Virus record (IMG/VR): IMGVR_UViG_3300033067_001501
Coordinates: 1 to 25,730 of that record
Direction: 5' to 3' (one strand)
Source of the DNA: a virus
Taxonomy: Duplodnaviria; Caudoviricetes
Length of the DNA: 25,730 bases
Below, in pieces: positions 1 through 4,403 of this stretch. Each line of letters opens with the position of its first letter. Within the stretch, counting starts at the first letter, position 1. The notes beneath the pieces are model-generated. The model ran no database searches, had not been told where the DNA came from, and worked only from the letters and a program-made list of their open reading frames with translations. The translations under genes were made by a program, and so were the position numbers.

Positions 1-105
1 TCCGATACCGTTCGGTCCCTTTAACACGACGACACCACCGCCGTCAGGGACCGGGATCGACAGCTTCGCAATCGCCCCCACGTTCTCGATCAGCACACTC
101 GACAT
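1..105 (-). CDS. 5' end of an SMC/SbcC/RecF-like AAA ATPase (runs off the window)
   Basis: Hand translation from ATG 105: MSSVLIENVGAIAKLSIPVPDGGGVVVLKGPNGIG. This has the typical 'I.N...I..L.I......V.L.G.NG.G' start with a Walker A motif; AAGGGG SD upstream. Not in the ORF track. Confidence 0.8.
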   Translation of the reverse strand, partial: MSSVLIENVGAIAKLSIPVPDGGGVVVLKGPNGIG

Positions 106-140
106 ATCACACCCCTTAAAAGTTGATCCGCCCCGCCGCC

Positions 141-335
141 CTACAACCACTCCCCGTCCTCGTTCGTTCGTCGTTCATCCTGGATCGCGTCACGCACTTC
201 GCCCCGGTGAATCGGCAGCGACCTCGGTGCGTCGAACCCCAACCAGACCTTGTTCCCGCGAACCTTCGTGACCGTCACCTTCACGTCGTCGCCGATATAG
301 ACCGTCTCGTCTGGAAGTCGTTCCAGAATTAACAT
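141..335 (-). CDS. csrA: CsrA/RsmA-family RNA-binding translational regulator
   Basis: 64 aa MLILER..DETVYIGDDVKVTV..VRGNKVWLGFDAPRSLPIHRGEV matches the CsrA signature (MLILxR, IGDD, V.LG..AP....HR.E); GGAGG SD. Confidence 0.93.
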   Translation of the reverse strand: MLILERLPDETVYIGDDVKVTVTKVRGNKVWLGFDAPRSLPIHRGEVRDAIQDERRTNEDGEWL

Positions 336-348
336 GCTCGCCTCCGTG

Positions 349-444
349 CTATGTGTTAGGGTCGCCCCAGTTCTGAATCACCACCCCGATAGCCAGTGCT
401 GCTACAAACAACAGCGGCCACAATGCTGCTGCGGTGTCGAACAT
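349..444 (-). CDS. 31-aa single-pass membrane peptide
   Basis: MFDTAAALWPLLFVAALAIGVVIQNWGDPNT*. Its ATG overlaps the upstream stop (TGATG) and it fills the gap before the csrA SD. Confidence 0.7.
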   Translation of the reverse strand: MFDTAAALWPLLFVAALAIGVVIQNWGDPNT

Positions 445-917
445 CACTGCGCAGTTCCGTCCGCCAGCGGATAGCCCGCCGTGTCCGGGATGCCTGTCTC
501 GCTGTTCGCTGCCGCCGCTTCCGCGGGCGTCTGCGGGGAGTAGTAGGCGTTCATCGCTTCGACGATGGCGCGGATGGTTGCCGACGGGGACGCTCCGCCC
601 TCTTGGAACACAGGCGTACTCAGAAGGTCCGAATCATCCAGCGTGAGACGATCGTCAGCGGAATAACTGGAGTCGCCACCGGGAGCGGCACGCCACGGCA
701 CAGGCGGCACGCCTGGCGGAAGCGGCTCCTGCACCTCGCTCTTCAGCCGTTGAACCACCTTTTCCGCGATCTGATCGGCTGTCATGCCGCCTGCGATGCG
801 AACGATTGGTTCATCACACAGAGCTTCGTCGATTGCCGCTTCGAGGATGTCCGCCTCTTTGGCCAGGCCCTTGTCTCGAATCGCGGCCAGTGCTACCGCC
901 GCTGCTATCGCTTCCAT
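444..917 (-). CDS. hypothetical acidic protein, 157 aa
   Basis: ORF in the early operon with GAAAGGT SD; no recognisable motif. Confidence 0.65.
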   Translation of the reverse strand: MEAIAAAVALAAIRDKGLAKEADILEAAIDEALCDEPIVRIAGGMTADQIAEKVVQRLKSEVQEPLPPGVPPVPWRAAPGGDSSYSADDRLTLDDSDLLSTPVFQEGGASPSATIRAIVEAMNAYYSPQTPAEAAAANSETGIPDTAGYPLADGTAQ

Positions 918-957
918 AAGATACCTTTCGTGTTAATGGGAAAGTGTGAGACGTAAG

Positions 958-1365
958 CTATTTCGCCTTCGCGGCCCGCTTCTTCCCCTTGAGGGACGGG
1001 GCCATCGACACCGCAAACTTTGACCGCAGGCGGGTCAGTTGCCCTCGCAGCTTGTCACTCTCGTCCTCAAGCGTCTCGACCTTGCGTTCGTAGACGCCCA
1101 CCGCGACGCACTGGCGGATCGCGTCGTTGTTCTTTAACCGGGCCTCGTGTCGCCACGAGCGCTCACGACTCGCCAGCAAGATCACGTCTGACACAAGGCT
1201 CCGCAGTTCTGTCTTTTGCTCCGGTGTCGCCAGCCCGAGGAGAGTCAGTGTGAACTCCACCCGACGGGCAACCCGTTGCCCAAACTCGTCCAACTCGCGG
1301 TCCTCGTCGGACCTCGATTCCATCTGTGGCAATGCCACGTAGTTCCCAGCACTCGATCCACTCAT
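958..1365 (-). CDS. hypothetical protein (135 aa) with C-terminal coiled coil and basic tail
   Basis: Probable start MSGSSAG at 1365 with AAGGGTG SD; the longer 313-aa call is an off-frame read of the upstream repeat. Confidence 0.7.
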   Translation of the reverse strand: MSGSSAGNYVALPQMESRSDEDRELDEFGQRVARRVEFTLTLLGLATPEQKTELRSLVSDVILLASRERSWRHEARLKNNDAIRQCVAVGVYERKVETLEDESDKLRGQLTRLRSKFAVSMAPSLKGKKRAAKAK

Positions 1366-1373
1366 GTCACACC
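1357..1373. repeat. 17-bp direct repeat TCCACTCATGTCACACC, copy 1 (RBS plus start of the 135-aa gene)
   Basis: Identical to 2172-2188. Confidence 0.85.
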
Positions 1374-1376
1374 CTT

Positions 1377-2180
1377 TCACGATGAAGAAACGCGGCCAAC
1401 GGCACACATACGCGAGACGAGACCAGTAGCCGAGAGCTGCAACTTGGCTTTCGTCGGCGACAACGCAGCCCAAGCGGCATCCCGAGCGGCACCCCAATCG
1501 GCATCCCGAGCGGCATCCAGAGCGGCATCCAGAGCGGCATCCAGAGCGGCACCGAGAGCGGCATCCCGAGCGGCATCCCAAGCGGCATCCCAAGCGGCAT
1601 CCCAAGCGGCAGCCCGAGCGGCATCCAGAGCGGCATCGAGAGCGGCATCGAGAGCGGCATCCCAAGCGGCAGCCCAAGCGGCATCCCAAGCGGCAGCCCG
1701 AGCGGCAGCCCGAGCGGCATCCCGAGCGGCAGCCCGAGCGGCAGCGAGAGCGGCATCGAGAATCGGCGCAACTACGTCGACGTTGCTCGCCGTGATCTCG
1801 TCCAATCCGCGCAGGGCTTCCGCGTGCATCCGGGTTGTCTCCGTCAGTGACATCCATTCCGCAAGACACTCGCGGACCAACCAGTCCAGCGCCATCCACG
1901 ACCTGCGCAACTCATCCGCGTCGGTCGTGGCCGTGCCGATCACCTGATTCAGCAGCGGGCCAAGCAGTCGCTGTCGGTCTCTGTCCGATCCCAGATCGTC
2001 ATTCCATATCCGCATGAATGACGCGATGATCGGCGACACGCACTTAGGGCGATCGCTCCACCCCTCGCCAGCGATGTAGGCCGCAGCCTCCATCACGCAC
2101 ATATCTTCGCCAGGGCTATGCGAACCTGTCCGGAAGGCGTAGTCGCCCGCCAGAAGACGCTCCTTCAGGTCTCCACTCAT
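1377..2180 (-). CDS. phage protein with Ala-rich AA[W/R/L][D/A/G] tetrapeptide repeat region
   Basis: N-terminal GSH...MCVMEAAAYIAGE.WSDRPKCVSP domain followed by AAWDAARDAALD repeats; GAGGTG SD. Confidence 0.85.
   Translation of the reverse strand: MSGDLKERLLAGDYAFRTGSHSPGEDMCVMEAAAYIAGEGWSDRPKCVSPIIASFMRIWNDDLGSDRDRQRLLGPLLNQVIGTATTDADELRRSWMALDWLVRECLAEWMSLTETTRMHAEALRGLDEITASNVDVVAPILDAALAAARAAARDAARAAARAAAWDAAWAAAWDAALDAALDAALDAARAAAWDAAWDAAWDAARDAALGAALDAALDAALDAARDADWGAARDAAWAALSPTKAKLQLSATGLVSRMCAVGRVSSS
1464..1761. repeat. coding 12-bp degenerate tandem repeat, about 25 units (e.g. GCGGCATCCCAA / GCGGCATCCAGA / GCGGCAGCCCGA)
   Basis: Directly visible, period 12. Confidence 0.95.
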
Positions 2181-2188
2181 GTCACACC
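2172..2188. repeat. 17-bp direct repeat TCCACTCATGTCACACC, copy 2 (RBS plus start of the 267-aa gene)
   Basis: Identical to 1357-1373. Confidence 0.85.
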
Positions 2189-2196
2189 TCGTGCGT

Positions 2197-2420
2197 CAAC
2201 AAAACACCGAGGGCCGCGACAGCGCGCCGGGGAGCAGCGCGAACAGGCCGTTGTGGGGAGCATGTTCGACCGCGCTCGGGCGGTTGATGGTGACGCATCA
2301 ACACGGACCCGGCGCGCTGTCGTAGCCCTCGGTGTCGTCGCACCGAGACCGCAGAGGGCGGCAAGAATGCGACTGGTCAGTTACTCGTCGCGGTCGGGCT
2401 TTCAACTCCGATTCGCGACG
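2197..2420 (-). promoter_or_regulatory. structured 5' leader / attenuator of the early operon
   Basis: 28-bp inverted repeat 2204-2231/2308-2335 (2 deviations) enclosing two sub-hairpins, followed on the minus strand by UUUUGUU; competing hairpin CTCGGTG 2328-2334 / CACCGAG 2341-2347. Confidence 0.65.
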
Positions 2421-2425
2421 GAACG

Positions 2426-2454
2426 AATCCTACGATTAGTCGTGGGATTGTCAA
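2426..2454 (-). promoter_or_regulatory. sigma70-type early promoter with overlapping palindromic operator
   Basis: TTGACA (2454-2449), 16-bp spacer, TAGGAT (2432-2427); palindrome AATCCTACGA-TTAG-TCGTGGGATT at 2426-2449. Confidence 0.75.
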
Positions 2455-2473
2455 TCGACAGATACAAATTCTG

Positions 2474-2686
2474 TCAAGATTTCTGAACAGGGCGACGGCC
2501 GGGGCTTCGGTCACCCGCAGCGTATTGCTTAAGGGAGTCGGTCTCGACGAGCCAGCATCGCTCGGAAACCTTCGTGGCTTTTAGCCTTCCATCCCGGATA
2601 AGTTCGTAAACGCGCCCGATGGTCACGCCGAGGAATTCGGCTGATTGCTTGACGTTCTTCGCGGCGATGTCTAAGGCCATGCTCAT
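2474..2686 (-). CDS. excisionase-like (HTH_17/MerR-type) DNA-binding protein, 70 aa
   Basis: NVKQSAEFLGVTIGRVYELIRDGRLKATKV...WLV..DSL winged-HTH pattern with GRRP tail; divergent from the integrase. Probable start is ATG 2686 (or 2680), not 2887. Confidence 0.85.
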   Translation of the reverse strand: MSMALDIAAKNVKQSAEFLGVTIGRVYELIRDGRLKATKVSERCWLVETDSLKQYAAGDRSPGRRPVQKS

Positions 2687-2692
2687 GCTCCG

Positions 2693-2721
2693 AATCGTAC
2701 ACGCTATCGCAGGATTAGCAA
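2693..2721 (-). promoter_or_regulatory. promoter of the HTH gene with a degenerate copy of the operator
   Basis: TTGCTA (2721-2716), 16-bp spacer, TACGAT (2699-2694), then ATG after a further 7 nt; aligns without gaps to the 2426-2454 promoter. Confidence 0.65.
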
Positions 2722-2726
2722 CGCGG

Positions 2727-2803
2727 AAAAACGCTGAGACGTTGAAAGCCCGCGACCAGTCGAAGCGGATGCCGAACCTCGCGGTGTCGGCCGTCTCAGC
2801 GTG
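2727..2803 (-). ncRNA. putative ~77-nt branched antisense RNA (P4 CI / P1 C4-like architecture)
   Basis: Perfect 11-bp stalk 2731-2741/2792-2802, two internal hairpins, 8-nt unpaired GCUUUCAA and a 3' U run; 2741-2762 is complementary to 2370-2406 of the early leader. Confidence 0.55.
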
Positions 2804-2976
2804 TACCCAGTTATGCCGAAGGTGGGAGCGCGCATGGAAAACGCAACACGTCGGCAAAGCTGGCAGGTCCGCGCATCGGGTTTCCAAGAATGCGGCGCAG
2901 AATTCGCGTCCCCCTGTCGCGAGGCGTCCGGGGTTTACATGCTGACTTTCCGGTAAGCCGTCACCGGAGACACATC

Positions 2977-3858
2977 ATGTACCTCGTTGATCTGCTCGCT
3001 CGTTATCGTGCCGCGAAGCTCAAGGATGCTTCGCCGAACACGGATCAGAAGTTCCGGCAGGCCATCGCTGAACTGGCTCGATCTGTCGGTCACGCCCCAA
3101 CGTTGGACGACCTGGCGGACGCGAACATCGACGCGATGATGATCCGCAAGGCACGGCAGGGACGGTCCCCGGCATCGGTCAATACGCTGGCCGCGAAGCT
3201 CTGCGCGATGTGGACCTGGGCGCACAAGAAAGGCATCACCACGACTGGCCCGGACGTGCAGATGTTGAGGGAGCCTCGCGTCGCGCCCGTAGCGTGGACC
3301 CGCGAGCAACTCGACCAGGTGTTTGAGGCTGTGGCTCAGGCCGAGGGAGTCATCGCCGGAGTGCCTGCCCCGCTGTTCTGGCGGTGCTTGTTGTCGATCC
3401 TGTGGGACACGGGGGAACGTCGTGGTGCGATTGTTAATCAGTTGCCGTGGGAGAATCTGGCGAACGGGCAGCTACTCGTCCCGGCGTCTGCCCGCAAGGG
3501 GAAGACTCGCGACATGGTCTACGCTCTGCACCCAGAGACATTGCGGCTCTGCGAGCATGTGCGAGCGTTTGGGACGCCTACGATCATCCATTGGGACCGC
3601 ACGGTTCATCAGTTGGCGAACCGGTTCCGGACGCTCTTAAAGCGTGCCGGGCTGCCACACGACCGCAAGCACCTCTTCCACTGCATCCGCCGCTCTGTCG
3701 CCAGTCACGGGGCCGCAGCGGGGGCAGACGCCTCGCAGCTCCTCGACCACTCAGACCCGTCGATCACCCGGCGGTACTATCTCGACCCTCGAATTGTGCC
3801 AGCACCGAGGGCGGTTGACGTGCTGTTCCGGCCGGACTCGCCGCGGCCCGCTGCGTGA
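2977..3858 (+). CDS. int: tyrosine recombinase / integrase, 293 aa
   Basis: Catalytic set DTGER(R), K (RKGK), HCIRR (HxxR), LLDHS, TRRYY; SAM-like core-binding N-terminus (SPASVN); GGAG SD before ATG 2977. Confidence 0.93.
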   Translation: MYLVDLLARYRAAKLKDASPNTDQKFRQAIAELARSVGHAPTLDDLADANIDAMMIRKARQGRSPASVNTLAAKLCAMWTWAHKKGITTTGPDVQMLREPRVAPVAWTREQLDQVFEAVAQAEGVIAGVPAPLFWRCLLSILWDTGERRGAIVNQLPWENLANGQLLVPASARKGKTRDMVYALHPETLRLCEHVRAFGTPTIIHWDRTVHQLANRFRTLLKRAGLPHDRKHLFHCIRRSVASHGAAAGADASQLLDHSDPSITRRYYLDPRIVPAPRAVDVLFRPDSPRPAA

Positions 3859-3874
3859 TTGCCGAAATCGATGC

Positions 3875-4084
3875 TCACGACTTCGCGGGCTTCTCCTCGA
3901 CGGGCTTCGCGACCTTCGGGCGCCCCCTGGTCATCGTGTCCGCCAGTTCCGGCCGCCCCATCGCAGCACAGAGCGTCCGGCGAATCCAGTCCGCCTCGAC
4001 GAATCCGTTCGCGTCGCAAAACTCCCGCATCGCAGCCTGGATCGCGTCGCTCATCGGTATGGACTTCAGTCGACTCTTGGTCAT
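3875..4084 (-). CDS. small ribbon-helix-helix (CopG/Arc-like) DNA-binding protein, 69 aa
   Basis: MTKSRLKSIPMSDAIQAAMREFCDANGFVEADWIRRTLCAAM fits strand-helix-G-helix; RGRP AT-hook-like tail. Confidence 0.6.
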   Translation of the reverse strand: MTKSRLKSIPMSDAIQAAMREFCDANGFVEADWIRRTLCAAMGRPELADTMTRGRPKVAKPVEEKPAKS

Positions 4085-4103
4085 TGTGGCCCCGCAGTAT
4101 GGT

Positions 4104-4148
4104 GAAACGAAGAAACCCGGCGAGTCGCTTTCGCGGTCTGCCGGGTTT
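4104..4148 (-). terminator. intrinsic terminator
   Basis: AAACCCGGC 4113-4121 / GCCGGGTTT 4140-4148 with inner CGC-GAAA-GCG tetraloop on the minus strand, followed by a U-rich tail (UUUCUUCGUUUC). Confidence 0.75.
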
Positions 4149-4303
4149 GCTTGGGGACTGATTCGCCGTCCCTCGCTAGGTCTGATTCCCCGACTCCCGG
4201 TAGTGTGCCGATTCCCCGCACTTCTCGGTAGGCCGATCTCGCTGGCTCCCCGCATCTGGCCGCGTTCGGGGGCCAGGTCCTATGTCGCAGTCGCCTGCGT
4301 CAT
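4105..4303 (-). ncRNA. putative ~200-nt small RNA with repeated GG[G/C]GA[A/G][U/C]C[A/G] hairpin loops
   Basis: Bounded by a near-consensus promoter and a terminator; four similar 9-nt loops; only a 7-codon ORF at its 5' end. Confidence 0.6.
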
Positions 4304-4309
4304 GGTGTT

Positions 4310-4361
4310 ATTATACATACCTTTTCGGCTTGGTCAACGGAAATGTACATATCTTTTTCGG
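4310..4361 (-). promoter_or_regulatory. near-consensus sigma70-type promoter with overlapping direct repeats
   Basis: TTGACC (4337-4332), 16-bp spacer, TATAAT (4315-4310); repeats TACATACCTTTTCGG 4314-4328 and TACATATCTTTTTCGG 4346-4361. Confidence 0.8.
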
Positions 4362-4403
4362 ATTTTCTGGAAAACGATCAGAAGCCCGCGTTTTCGCAGT
4401 CGC

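Noticed and set aside
1464-1761. Possible CRISPR array or DGR variable region
   Set aside because: No unique spacers, no cas or reverse transcriptase gene, and no template/variable repeat pair in the window.
1366-1947. Alternative-frame ORFs over the 12-bp repeat (CRSG/CRLG Cys-rich 313 aa, MPLG 134 aa, plus-strand 243 aa)
   Set aside because: These are stop-free shadows of the repeat; only the AAWD frame has an SD and non-repetitive flanking domains.
2247-2263. Loop-loop pairing between the leader loop GCUCCCC and the GGGGAGC loop at 4251-4245
   Set aside because: Only 7 nt in GC-rich DNA, so compatible with chance; revisit only if covariation is found.
2182-2364. 60-aa minus-strand ORF in the early leader
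   Set aside because: TTG start, no SD, and it runs through long inverted repeats; RNA structure explains the region better.
4250-4280. tRNA fragment / att core suggested by GTTCG within a stem
   Set aside because: No T-arm consensus (GTTCRANYC), acceptor stem or CCA end.
3875-4303. TAG read-through or recoding joining MTQATAT to the in-frame 126-aa ORF
   Set aside because: TAG acts as a normal stop elsewhere (958, 17843); the intervening frame crosses a terminator and looks non-coding.
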